Shown: positions 28,930 to 39,172, counted from the first letter of the stretch. The stretch is DNA of 64,000 nt from Nannocystales bacterium (GCA_050633305.1 JBOEGF010000018.1:608001-672000), one strand, 5' to 3'. A program made the numbers and translations. The notes: generated from the letters alone by a model not told the origin.

Positions 28930-29720
28930 GCGGGTCTCGTTCATCGGGAAGCCGGTGGAATCCTGGCTCCTCATCCGTCCCCGGCGGGGGATACCAGATC
29001 ACGCACACTGTCACGCGGGGCCGCCAACGCGTCTGCACACCCCGAATCGGCAGTCGGGCGACCACAACGTCGCCGAACCGAAGCCGCACCGCTGTAGACC
29101 CAGGCCGACGCTGCGTCCGCCGGTCCGACCACGCGGTCACCGGGTTCGCCTGTTTCCCCGCAATTGCGTTTCGTCCGACAGTTTTACCGCCGAAGATGAC
29201 GGCCCGGTCCCCAGAAACCATCCCGTCGACCGAACAACGCGCTTCCAGCCTCTGCGAGTTCCGTGTTGAGCAGAAAACACGTCGCCCCCAGGTGTACGCG
29301 TCGAGCCAGCACACCCATGCCGTCGACCAAACCTTCTCGCTCGTTGCGTGACTTCGGGTCGCGTATCCGCGTGGTACGTGCGTCCTCCCCTCAAGAATCC
29401 GCGATGCGCCTTCGTGGCGGTATCAAGGGTGTTGCCGCTGCGTCAGCAACTTGAAAGTGCGCAAGGCGTTTCAGCACCACGACCGGGGCCTGCCACCCCT
29501 GTCGGCGAGTGCACTGTCCGATGTCCGCTTCGAGAACACGATGACGAGAACGGAGCCCTGGGCCGGTTGGCCCGGCCTCGCGTGAGGGTCGAGCCGGATT
29601 CTGTTGCGGAGGTAAGACCCTTCACGATCTGGACGGAGCGGTTGCACAACATGCGCAAACGTCCTGCGCGTACGCGGTGGGTACTTCAGCAGCTCGTACC
29701 GTGTGGTCATGGAGGCGTTG

Positions 29721-31430
29721 ATGAGGGACCGAAGAAGAGATGTATGGCTGACCCGAACGCTCGCAGTCGTGGGACTCTTGGCGCAGCCGGGATGCTACGA
29801 GGGGGTCTCCCAGTCGGGCGAGATACCGCCGGTCGAACCCGAGGGCTCGACCGGTGCTGAGGGCACTGGAGGCGGAGGCGGGGGCGGTGACAGTGGTGGC
29901 GGGGAGCTCCCGGATGACGACGTGTTGGGGTGTGCACTGCCCCAGACCCGAATCTGGAAACTGACGCCACGGCAGTACGAGCACACGATGCAAGCGCTGT
30001 TGGGCAACCTGGAGCTTCCGATCGGCGACGTCAAATCGACGATCGCGAGGTTTGCGCAGCGCTACTACCGAAATGAAGCCGACCACGCCGACTTGAACGA
30101 GGGGCATGCCGGGGCCCTCTTCCGAGCGGCGGAGTTCGCTGCGTCTAACCCGCCGCCCTCGCTGCAGTGTGTGCTGGACGAAGCGAACGCTGAGGGTACG
30201 TGTACCCAAGAGAGCTTCGAGGCGTTTGCAAGTCGTGCGTTTCGGCGTCCGGCGACCCAGGAAGAAATCGCCGCGATTCTCTCCGTGTTCGATGCATCGC
30301 TGGCGAGGGGCATCACGGTCGAGGACGCGATGAGAGACGCCCTTTCCTGGGTGTTCATGTCTCCGAACCTGCTTTTCCGTATGGAGTTGGGCGAGGCTAC
30401 CGACACCGCCTCGGAGGTGACGCCGCTGTCTAGGTACGAGCGTGCGTCGGCGCTCAGCTACGCACTCTTCGATGGCCCCCCCGACGAAGTGCTCATGACC
30501 CTGGCAGAGTATGGGGCGCTCTCGAGTCCCGACGGTGTCGAGGAGTACGTGCGGACAACCCTTGAGGAGCCCGGGCGCGCGCGCGGGCTGTTGCGGTTCT
30601 ACTCCGAGTACTCCCAGGCGTTTCTCGCTCACGAAACGGGGGTCGACCCAGCGGTCTACGAAGAGTTCTCGGCGTTGGGTCCCGACCTCGTACGTGAACA
30701 AGACGAGTTCGTCGCCCATGTTTTTGGCGAGGGCGACGGCCGATTCGAGACGCTGATGAGTGCGCCGTACACCGTTGCGAATCCCCGCTTGGCAAGTCTG
30801 TACGGGGTCCAAGCGCCGGTCGAAGAGGGGTGGGGGGTTGTCGAGCTTCCCCCGGACCAACGAGCCGGCATCATCACCCAAGGCGGTTTCCTCGTCGCAG
30901 GGAGCAAGTTCGACCACGGCGACCCAATCCGGCGGGGCCTGTTGATCCGCAATCGAATGTTCTGTCAGGAGTTGCCTGAGCCGCCGAAAGTCCCACCCAT
31001 TGAAGAGTCTTCGGGGGCGACGATGCGCGAGAGCCTGTCGCAGCACCAGAGCGACCCACAGTGCGCAAGCTGTCACATGTTGACGGACTTGCTCGGTTTC
31101 CCGCTGGAGCAGTATGACGCAGTCGTGCGCTTCCGAACCCACGAGGGGGAAGCGTTGATCGACCCCAGTGGGGAGTTGGTCGGGGCCGTGCCCGAGGCGA
31201 GTTTTGCGAACGCGGTGGAGATGGGCGAGGTGATCGGCACCCACCCGGCGGCGAGGGCGTGCTTCGTGAAGAACGCATTCCACTATGTGTACGGACGCGA
31301 GCCGTCGACGGCGGACGCGTGTGAGCTGGAGCGGCTGCAAGCAAACTTCGAGGAGGCGGACGGCGACATGGTGGAGCTATTCGTCGACATGATGACCGCA
31401 GAGCACTTTTTGACCCGAAGGAGAGGATGA
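29721..31430 (+). CDS. DUF1587/1595/1592/1588/1585 (PSD) family lipoprotein with CxxCH
   Basis: PG-CYEG lipobox, WKLTPRQY, RAFRRP, SPNLLFR, LSYAL, PIRRG, CASCH; start 29709 or 29721. Confidence 0.88.
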   Translation: MRDRRRDVWLTRTLAVVGLLAQPGCYEGVSQSGEIPPVEPEGSTGAEGTGGGGGGGDSGGGELPDDDVLGCALPQTRIWKLTPRQYEHTMQALLGNLELPIGDVKSTIARFAQRYYRNEADHADLNEGHAGALFRAAEFAASNPPPSLQCVLDEANAEGTCTQESFEAFASRAFRRPATQEEIAAILSVFDASLARGITVEDAMRDALSWVFMSPNLLFRMELGEATDTASEVTPLSRYERASALSYALFDGPPDEVLMTLAEYGALSSPDGVEEYVRTTLEEPGRARGLLRFYSEYSQAFLAHETGVDPAVYEEFSALGPDLVREQDEFVAHVFGEGDGRFETLMSAPYTVANPRLASLYGVQAPVEEGWGVVELPPDQRAGIITQGGFLVAGSKFDHGDPIRRGLLIRNRMFCQELPEPPKVPPIEESSGATMRESLSQHQSDPQCASCHMLTDLLGFPLEQYDAVVRFRTHEGEALIDPSGELVGAVPEASFANAVEMGEVIGTHPAARACFVKNAFHYVYGREPSTADACELERLQANFEEADGDMVELFVDMMTAEHFLTRRRG

Positions 31431-32794
31431 CTGTGAAACTGATCAAACGTAGAAACTTTGTGCGCGGCTTCGGGTTGACCGTTGGGGCTGTTGCGTTGAC
31501 CCCCATGGCTCGAAGTCTGGTCGCCCAGGCCAATGGCGACGCAGTCACGCAGAAGCGGTGGGTCCTGCTGCACGATCAACATGGCCTTCAAGGGGTGGTG
31601 GAGGGGGCACCGGAGCGGTGGGTCCCCAGCAGCGCGAACCTGACGGCGGCCGGGGCGTTGTCGCCGAGCTTTGCTCCGTTGGCGCCGTGGGCCGCGGACA
31701 TGATCATCGCGGACCGGTTCTACAACCCGTACAACGCGGGACAGCATGGGAACCACTGGGCGAGCTTGTCGGCGGACGGCATTCCCAGGCCCGACGGCGT
31801 GAGTGGGGGCGCGCAGAGCGCTGAACTCTATCCGAACGCGCCAACGGGGCTGACGGTGGATGTGGCGGCAGCGCGGCACTTGAGCGCGGGCGCTCCATTC
31901 GAGATCCTCGCGGCGGGAACGGACTCCGGGGGATTCAGCGCCGACGAGAACCTTCATCCCATCGGGTATTCGAACAACCCCGTCGAGTTGTTTGCGCGGG
32001 TGTTCGGCGAGTTTGACCCGACCGCGTCGGAGGCCGAGATTCAAGCGCGCTTGGAGAGTCGACTGAGCGTCCTCGACACTGTCGTCGACGACCTCTCGCG
32101 GATCCGCAGTAGGCTTGCGAGTGAGGAGCGGCTCAAGCTCGACCAGTACGAGGACTCGATCCGAGGGTTGGAAAACCAGCTGACCGCAATCAGTGGTTTG
32201 GGGGACTGCTCGGTCCCCGAGGCGCCGGTGAACTCGCCGACCGGTCCGATTGGTGCCCACAACGACGCGTTGCCCGCGGGTTACTGGAACGCCCAGATTG
32301 GCGTGTTGTCGGCAGCGCTGAGGTGTCGTTTGACCAACGTCGTGGTGTTTCGCCCGTCGCCGGGCCGGAGAACCTACTCTGAACTCTTCGGCTGGAACGA
32401 CGACAAACACGACACTTCACACGGAGACCCCGACGTTCCCGACCCCCTGACCGGGCAGCTTCAGTCGATCGATGCGTACAACGCGAGCCTGCTGGCGCGG
32501 CTGCTGACCGACTTGGAGGAGGTTGAAGAAGGAAACGGAACGATGCGGGACAGCACATTGGCGACGTGGCTGGACGAGGGAGGGGGCATCCATCATCATG
32601 GGTACAACGACCACCCCGCGATTCTCATCGGGAACCTGGACGGGCACTTCGACACGGGGCGCTACGTCCAATACACGAAGATGCAGCATTGCATTAGCGA
32701 CCTGTACGTTTCGATCCTTCAGTCCCTGGGGGTCGATGTGGATACATTCGGCAACCCCGAGACCTGCATCGGCGCTCTGCCGGGATTGACATGA
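31427..32794 (+). CDS. DUF1552 (HXXSHH-motif) family Tat-exported protein
   Basis: KRRNFV Tat motif, LFARVF, RLKLDQY, HDTSHG, GTMRDSTL; ATGA overlap with the upstream PSD gene. Confidence 0.88.
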   Translation: MTVKLIKRRNFVRGFGLTVGAVALTPMARSLVAQANGDAVTQKRWVLLHDQHGLQGVVEGAPERWVPSSANLTAAGALSPSFAPLAPWAADMIIADRFYNPYNAGQHGNHWASLSADGIPRPDGVSGGAQSAELYPNAPTGLTVDVAAARHLSAGAPFEILAAGTDSGGFSADENLHPIGYSNNPVELFARVFGEFDPTASEAEIQARLESRLSVLDTVVDDLSRIRSRLASEERLKLDQYEDSIRGLENQLTAISGLGDCSVPEAPVNSPTGPIGAHNDALPAGYWNAQIGVLSAALRCRLTNVVVFRPSPGRRTYSELFGWNDDKHDTSHGDPDVPDPLTGQLQSIDAYNASLLARLLTDLEEVEEGNGTMRDSTLATWLDEGGGIHHHGYNDHPAILIGNLDGHFDTGRYVQYTKMQHCISDLYVSILQSLGVDVDTFGNPETCIGALPGLT

Positions 32795-32813
32795 ACAGAC
32801 GGGGTCTCCGCGG

Positions 32814-32837
32814 CGGCGAGTCGGCGAGTCGGCGAGT
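32814..32837. repeat. Tandem repeat (CGGCGAGT)x3
   Basis: Read directly from the intergenic sequence after the DUF1552 gene. Confidence 0.8.
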
Positions 32838-32958
32838 GCGGTCAGCCCGAACGCTTCGATGAGAGGCCAAGAGTCGAGGAGGGCGCGGTGTGGCCGTTGC
32901 CCGCTCTGACATTGGATTCGCCACCAGCCACCTCGGCTCTTGCGGGCTCCGCTCTTTC

Positions 32959-34020
32959 TCAGTTGCCAAGCAGCGCCATGCGAGCCGACTGGATTTCGGA
33001 GAACTCGTCGCGCATGGCCACAACCTGCCCGGCCAGGAGCGTGCGAGGGTCGAGGACCATCAGCAGTGTCGTCGTCACGGGATGAAGGACGCGGTCAGTC
33101 CAGGTCGGCTCCGGTGCTTCTGGCAGCGCGGTCGAGGGATCGCGGGCGAGCTCCATCACCGTTTCGTATGCCGTGTTGAACCGGGCCGTGGCGTGGGCCT
33201 CGTCGTAGAGCCAATGCGGCGGCCAGAAGGTGTCGTCCCCGAGCACGGCGGCCCCGTTCGCGCTATTGACCTGTGCGAGGGCGTCGCGCGTGTAGAGGTA
33301 GCTGCCGATCACGATATTCTGCAAGATCGCCGCGTCGACATCGATCGACTCGAGCGCGGTCACGAGGCTCTCTTGCGTCTGTGCCGAGACCTCGGCGCCC
33401 TGCGCGACGCGAAGCTGCAGCACTGCGGCAAGACCGAGCGAGGCGAGGAGCATGGCCGCCGACACGCGCGCGCTCATCGGTCCTCGAGCGCTGCGGAGAT
33501 ACTGCGCCTGGTGGCGGATCATCACAGCGGCCCGTTGCAGCGCGGCGTCTTCGTCGCCGCGCACCGCGTGCCACAGGGCTTCAGCGAGTGCGACGCGATG
33601 GAGCCGGAACATGTCGAAGTGGTGGCACCGGACGGACATGTTCATGGGGCAGGCGTCGGCGAACGCAGTCGCCTCAGTGCCGTGCGCCCAACGAGCGATG
33701 GCCCTCGACCCCTCGGGCGACTGCACGAAGCGTTCGAGCTCCAGGCGCAGCGGGGTGATCGACGCCCAGCTCTCCCGGGCCGAGACGTTGCCGAGCATCG
33801 CGATGGCGTCCCGGGTCGCGTCGGGAATCTCCGGTGTCATCGCCCCATTGGAGAATGTGTCCTGTAGCGTCTGCCACCCATTGTCGGACGGCACCGGCGG
33901 GAGGTCATCCGCGGTCCACCGAGCCGGGGCTGGCGTGCTCGAAGCGGTGCATCGGTAGGCACAAGTCCCGAGCGCGGAAATCCCGAGCACAGCGAGCACC
34001 AGCTTGTGACGAGGCCCCAT
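32959..34020 (-). CDS. Hypothetical exported all-helical protein
   Basis: N-terminal hydrophobic segment with Cys; Ala/Leu-rich helical body; GC-rich third positions. Confidence 0.65.
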   Translation of the reverse strand: MGPRHKLVLAVLGISALGTCAYRCTASSTPAPARWTADDLPPVPSDNGWQTLQDTFSNGAMTPEIPDATRDAIAMLGNVSARESWASITPLRLELERFVQSPEGSRAIARWAHGTEATAFADACPMNMSVRCHHFDMFRLHRVALAEALWHAVRGDEDAALQRAAVMIRHQAQYLRSARGPMSARVSAAMLLASLGLAAVLQLRVAQGAEVSAQTQESLVTALESIDVDAAILQNIVIGSYLYTRDALAQVNSANGAAVLGDDTFWPPHWLYDEAHATARFNTAYETVMELARDPSTALPEAPEPTWTDRVLHPVTTTLLMVLDPRTLLAGQVVAMRDEFSEIQSARMALLGN

Positions 34021-34144
34021 GGGTGGTCAGACTCCGAGACGTTCGCCCGTATTCCGTGTGGCTCGAGCAGCGACTCGCGAAGCCCGATCGCCCGTGCTCA
34101 AGGGTTCGGTGCCGCACGGACTCTGCGGCAAGCCCAATGAGTTC

Positions 34145-34182
34145 TTAATTAAAGTTGAAAGTCATTTTCAGTAGGCTAGGGT
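34145..34182 (+). promoter_or_regulatory. Putative sigma70-type promoter with overlapping operator palindrome
   Basis: AT-rich patch TTAATTAAAG; TTGAAA (34155-34160), 16 nt spacer, TAGGGT; inverted repeat TGAAA-GTCAT-TTTCA (34156-34170); lies 20-60 nt upstream of ATG 34202. Confidence 0.5.
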
Positions 34183-34201
34183 TGTTGGCCTAGAAGGCCC
34201 G

Positions 34202-35041
34202 ATGAAACACTCCTTTGACCTCGGTTCGGTTCAAGAAACCCTGCTCATCCCGTTGCTCGCCCGTGCCGTGGAGACCAGCAAAGACAACGGATTCCTCGAG
34301 GATCCGAAGGCGGTGAAGATCGTGGACGAGCTCGACTACGACTTCAGCAAATGGCGCGGCCACTCCGCCCTGTCGGGCGCGTGCTTGCGGACGTGTGTGT
34401 TCGATCAGATCACGCGCCGGTTTCTCGAGGCGCACCCAGAGGGGACGATCGTGGAGATCGGTTGTGGCCTCAATACGAGGTTCGAGCGCCTCGACAACGC
34501 GAAGGCGCAATGGTTCGAGCTCGACCTTGCCGACAGCATCGAGTTGCGGCGACGGTTCTTCGACGACGAGCCGCGACGCACGATGCTCGCGGGCAGTGTG
34601 GTCGACTCAGACTGGATGGACGCGGTCGCGGAGACGGGCGGTCCAACCCTGTTCTTGTCGGAGGCGGTGCTGATCTACTTGGAACTCGAACAGGTCAAGA
34701 CCGCGGTCACGCAGATCGCGAAGCGCTTTCCGGGCGCATGGTTTGCGACCGACACGTGTGCGACGAAGATGACGACCGACAAGGCGGCTCAGCGCGCGAT
34801 GAAGGACTACGGGATTCGGAGCTGGTTCAGGTGGCCGTGCGACGATCCGAAGTCACTCGAGTCCTGGCACCCCGGAATCGAGCTGGTGTCGTCGCAGACG
34901 ATGCCCGAGTCGTCACCCGACCTGTTGGCCAAGATTCCGTGGTCGTGGCGGGCGATGATGAAAGTCGCGCCCTGGCTCGTTCGCCGCATGACGGCCGGCT
35001 ATCGGCTCAACGAGTTTCGGCTCGGCTCAGTGCCGAACTGA
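34202..35041 (+). CDS. Class I SAM-dependent methyltransferase (LCM/TcmP-like O-methyltransferase)
   Basis: VQETLLIPL, EIGCGLNTR, WFELDL, SEAVLIYL. Confidence 0.88.
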   Translation: MKHSFDLGSVQETLLIPLLARAVETSKDNGFLEDPKAVKIVDELDYDFSKWRGHSALSGACLRTCVFDQITRRFLEAHPEGTIVEIGCGLNTRFERLDNAKAQWFELDLADSIELRRRFFDDEPRRTMLAGSVVDSDWMDAVAETGGPTLFLSEAVLIYLELEQVKTAVTQIAKRFPGAWFATDTCATKMTTDKAAQRAMKDYGIRSWFRWPCDDPKSLESWHPGIELVSSQTMPESSPDLLAKIPWSWRAMMKVAPWLVRRMTAGYRLNEFRLGSVPN

Positions 35042-35280
35042 GGTCCATCCATGGGCGAGCCGAGGCGTCCGGCAACACGGAGGACGCAGACATCCCGGGC
35101 GTGGGGCGCCTCTGTGCGTGCGGCCAAAGAGCGCGACCCCGATGTGAAGACGGTCCTCCCCGGCCCGGGCGGGCTCCGACTGCTCGGCCGCACCATCGCC
35201 TTGGCGGACTCGGGGGTCGCGGCCGGGTGAGCGATCGAAGCAGTTAAACCGATCGGCAGCGGCGGTATCTACCACTGGCG

Positions 35281-36785
35281 ATGAGACTCCCCCTCCTGCT
35301 TCCCTTGTGTTCCGGGGCCCTGGTGGCCGTCTTGGGTCTGCCGACCGACGTGAACGCAGCGATGATCCTCGTCAACGATCTCACAGACGTCGTGTCCAAC
35401 GATGGCCGCTGCACACTGCGCGAGGCGATCACGGCCGCCGAGACGGACACCGCTTCGGGGAGTGCGTCGGGCGAGTGTGGCGCAGGATCGGGGACCGATA
35501 TCGTGTCCCTTCCTTCCGGCCGGATTCACCTCACCGGCAGCACCCCGCTGAACGTGAACACGATGGTCTTCGTCATCGGGACTGGGCCGACCTCCAGTGT
35601 CATCGACGCGGGCGGCATGTCGGACACGGCGATCCGTGTACACACCAGTGGATTCCTCGAGCTGCAGTCGCTGGGCTTCGAGAACGCCTGGGTCGATCCC
35701 GCGTACTCCAGAGGAGGTATCCACGTTGGCGGATTCTTCGTCGCTCGTGGTTCCCGTTTTGCACACAACTTCGGGTTCGTTGGCGTCATGGACGTCATCC
35801 TCGGCAAGGCCGTCATTCTCGACTCCGTCTTCGAGCACAATGCTTGCGACGTATCGCCCTGGTCGGGGTGGGGGGTCGACTGGGGGGGCACAATCGGAGC
35901 CAGTCACGGTGGGGAAGTCGACGTCGGGTCGTCCACGTTCCGCGACAACTTCTGTGACAGCCATGGCGGCGCACTCAACGGAACATCCGGCGCAGTCATC
36001 ACGGTCGAGGACACCGTGTTCACCCGCAACGACGTCACGCTCGGCGGAGGCGCAATCTCGGTCGCGGCGGCTCCAGCCTGAGCCTCCTGCGCTCACAGAT
36101 CGATGACAGCACGGCCGACGTCGGAGGTGCGATCTATGCCGACGGAGCGGAACAGCTCTGGATCATGGAGTCCAGGATCGATGGCGGTGTGGCGACGGCC
36201 GCTGCCGGGGGAGTGTGGAGCGACTCCACCTTGACGGTCATCGAAGACTCGAGCGTCACCCACTGTGACGCGCCAGTGGGCGGAGCGATCTATGGGCGCG
36301 ATTTCGGAGGCTCGACGACTCTGTACGTCGACACCACAACGTTCAGCGCCAACACGGCCAGCGTCGGGCAAGCGATTTTCGCAAACACCGGGGCGCGGTT
36401 CGAGATGCGTCACGCGACCATCGACGACCATGGTCATGGCTCCCTCATCGGCAGCGGTACGGGCCGGATCGAACTCTATAGTTCGATTCTCGACGGTCCG
36501 AGCGGGCCACACATCGCGGGGTCCGTCCACAGCAATGGCTACAACGTGGTTCCACCAGGGACGACGCTCGGGGGTTGGAAGAGCACCGACCACAACGCCA
36601 TCGCCGCACTTGATCCGCTCGCGCTCGATGGGAACGGCACGTTCTTCCACCCGGTCCCTCTCGCCAGCCCTGCGAACGGAGTCGGGTGGGTACCGTCCGC
36701 GGACTACGACCAGATCGGGACCCTCCGTCTCCCTGGGGTTTGCGACGCGGGGGCGGTCGAGTCGCGGGCGCGGGAGCCCCTCTAG
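35281..36785 (+). pseudogene. CSLREA-domain beta-helix surface protein split by a single frameshift near 36062
   Basis: CTLREAI motif and GGAI repeats in 35281-36081; the -1 frame continues RGGSSLSLL...VGGAIY into ORF 36165-36785, which ends DQIG...CDAGAVE (choice-of-anchor Q-like). Could be a sequencing error. Confidence 0.8.
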
Positions 36786-37125
36786 CGGGAGAGTTGGACG
36801 CGTCGCTCGACAGCGCGGGCTCGAACTCGGAGACCTCGCCGTCGGGCGGCACGACCAAGGGGCGGATGGGCGTCGGAGGGAGCGTAGGGATGCCGGCGGG
36901 CTCGCGGTGAGGGAGGGCGTGATAGGTGCAAGTGCTTAGGGCTGAAACAACATCAGGTGTCCGCGAGGAGAGGGGCGCGGTGGATCGGCATCGGGCCTTG
37001 GCACCGCCGGTCACCAAGACGGTGAAACTTGAGCTTCGCCCGAGTCCGTCGCCTTGAGAGCCCCGAGCAAGGCAGGCTCTCTTCGGAACGTGCTCGAATG
37101 CTGCGGAGATGGTCTAATCAAGGGC

Positions 37126-37569
37126 ATGTCGGTTAGACTGGTTGTTTGTCATTCGTGTTCTCAGCATGTTGCTGTCACAGAGCCGAACTGTGTCCATTGC
37201 GGAACCGAGTTGGTCATCGCGGACGGCCACTTCGTGGGCCGTACCGCGGTCGCGGTGTTGATGGGGCTTTCGCTGGCTGGGTGCCCAGCAGACGACGAAT
37301 CCGAATCGGGCGCCACGACCGATGCGGTCGGAGAAAGCGCGGCGGCATATGGGAATCCCGAGAGTGAGTCCGACTCGCTCGATGACACCGCAACGGTGAC
37401 TCCGACGACGGCAACGAGCTCCTCCGGCACCGGAGGTGGCAGTACTGGCGACGGCAGTGAGGGGAGTGGAACGAGCACTGGCGGGGACAGTGACACCGAC
37501 AGCTCATCCGGAGGGTCGAGTTCTGGGTCGGGCTCGACCGGTGGCACGAGCAGCTCGACCAGCGGCTGA
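37126..37569 (+). CDS. Zinc-ribbon/lipobox/YGxP low-complexity protein
   Basis: CHSC..H...CVHC, hydrophobic stretch ending LAG-C, AAAYGNP, Ser/Thr/Gly tail; ATG 37126. Confidence 0.75.
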   Translation: MSVRLVVCHSCSQHVAVTEPNCVHCGTELVIADGHFVGRTAVAVLMGLSLAGCPADDESESGATTDAVGESAAAYGNPESESDSLDDTATVTPTTATSSSGTGGGSTGDGSEGSGTSTGGDSDTDSSSGGSSSGSGSTGGTSSSTSG

Positions 37570-37877
37570 CGTGCCGTTCTTCGCGCGTCGCGGATGCACG
37601 AAGGGGCGGTCTGCACGTGCGCTGAAACAGAAGTGCTTCTCCGGCAACGGCCTTGTCTCGCAGTCGTTCCCTCGGCGCCGATGTCGGGAAGTTCGCGGGT
37701 CAGAACACGGCTTCCACCAGTTCCCCGATTTCGAAGATTGGAGGGCACCTCGAGGACTTCTGAGGTCGATCCTGGGACAAGAACCGCTCGGGGGTCATCC
37801 CGAGTTCACGCCCCGCGGAGACTGTTCGGACCGGGCGGCGGGCAGGTCTCCGACAACGCCGGGACGTGCGCCGCAGG

Positions 37878-38588
37878 TCAACCCGGCGGGGGGTCGGCGG
37901 TTTCAACTTCGACCCGGATCTCCCGTTCGTGGCGCCCAGGCCCCTCGTGATGGTCTTCGATCTGAACCTCGACTCGGCTCGGGGGCGGGAGGCCCTTGGC
38001 GGCGAAGTCCGCCAGGATGCGGGCGCGAGCTTGCTCCGCGCTGTCGCCGTCGACGACCCACCCGAGGGCCCGGTGCGAAAGCATGCCACCAAGGGTTCCG
38101 TGCACGGTCTCGTCCAGGGCGTCAACGTCGATGTCTGTTGGGGCCAGGGCGTCGAAATGTTCGAGGAGCGAGACCTCGATGGCGTCCGGGTTCGACGACC
38201 CGACCACATCGAGCACCACGTCGAACTGAACTTGCTCGTCGCTGCCGTCATCCCGCTGGACGATCGACTTCGAGGCTGAGATGCGCAGCTCGTCGACGCC
38301 GTTGAACCGGCTCCGGATGTGCTCGGAGAGCGCTCGGGGATCGAAGGCCCCGTCGTCGACGCTGAACGCGAGCCGGTGGCCGAAGTCCATCGAGTAGTCG
38401 GTCGGGATCGCACACGCGCCCGCGAATGCGAGACCTGCGAGGCCGCCGATAAGCGTGCGTCTCCGCCACGCAGATGGGCGGCGAGGCGGTAGCTTCTCGA
38501 GCAAAGCCCGCTCGAGTGCATCGCGAACCTTGGGGTCCGCGGGGGGCGGTGCCGGGTAGAGTTCGGCGAGTCGGTCACGAATGCGCAT
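37878..38588 (-). CDS. Putative single-pass anti-sigma factor
   Basis: Start overlaps the ECF sigma 3' end; short cytoplasmic helix, RRR, TM segment and extracytoplasmic domain. Confidence 0.65.
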   Translation of the reverse strand: MRIRDRLAELYPAPPPADPKVRDALERALLEKLPPRRPSAWRRRTLIGGLAGLAFAGACAIPTDYSMDFGHRLAFSVDDGAFDPRALSEHIRSRFNGVDELRISASKSIVQRDDGSDEQVQFDVVLDVVGSSNPDAIEVSLLEHFDALAPTDIDVDALDETVHGTLGGMLSHRALGWVVDGDSAEQARARILADFAAKGLPPPSRVEVQIEDHHEGPGRHEREIRVEVETADPPPG

Positions 38589-39168
38589 GAGCGGCCTCTT
38601 CTTCGGGGGGTGTTTTTTCGAGTTGTTGTTTGATCGCCCGGAGGGCTCGTGAAAAGCGTTGCTTGACGGCGGATTCGCTCATGTTCAGCACCACAGCGAT
38701 CTCCGCGACGGTCAGACCTTCGCCGTACCGGAGCGCGAACATCTCGCGTGTGGCTGGGGGATGCCCGGCCAAAGCATCGCGCACCTGCTGCTGTCGGGTG
38801 TCGAGGTCGCCACCGTCGGGGGCAAAACGTCCGTCGGCGAGAAGGTGTTCAACGTCTTCGAGAGGCGCGACGTCTTGGCGGCCGGCCTTTCGCACGTGGT
38901 CGATGAGGGTGTTGCGCGCGATGGTCAGTACCCAACCCCGGACGCCCCCTTTCGAAGCGTCGTAGCGGCCGATGCGATCGACAAACCGATGCAACGTGTC
39001 CGCGGTGAGGTCCTCGGCGTCCGCGCGCACCCGAACACGCGCGGCAAGGTAGCCGTAGACGAGCGGGTGCAGCATGGAGAACAAGGCCGAGAAGGCTCTC
39101 GCGTCTCCACGCTGGGCTCGCCGCACCAGTCGGGCGAGGCGAAACCGTTGAAGGTGGCCGATGGCCAT
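38575..39168 (-). CDS. ECF RNA polymerase sigma factor
   Basis: AQRGDARAF, DAEDL, WVLTIARN (region 2); LRYGEGLTVAEIA, SAVKQRFSRA (region 4); ATG 39168. Confidence 0.93.
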   Translation of the reverse strand: MAIGHLQRFRLARLVRRAQRGDARAFSALFSMLHPLVYGYLAARVRVRADAEDLTADTLHRFVDRIGRYDASKGGVRGWVLTIARNTLIDHVRKAGRQDVAPLEDVEHLLADGRFAPDGGDLDTRQQQVRDALAGHPPATREMFALRYGEGLTVAEIAVVLNMSESAVKQRFSRALRAIKQQLEKTPPEEEAAHAHS

Positions 39169-39172
39169 CGAA

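Noticed and set aside
36786..37017. Pro-rich minus-strand reading (PAGIPTLPPTPIRPLVVPPDGEVSEFEP)
   Set aside because: No clear start or RBS, and the frame runs antisense into the CSLREA gene without a nearby stop.
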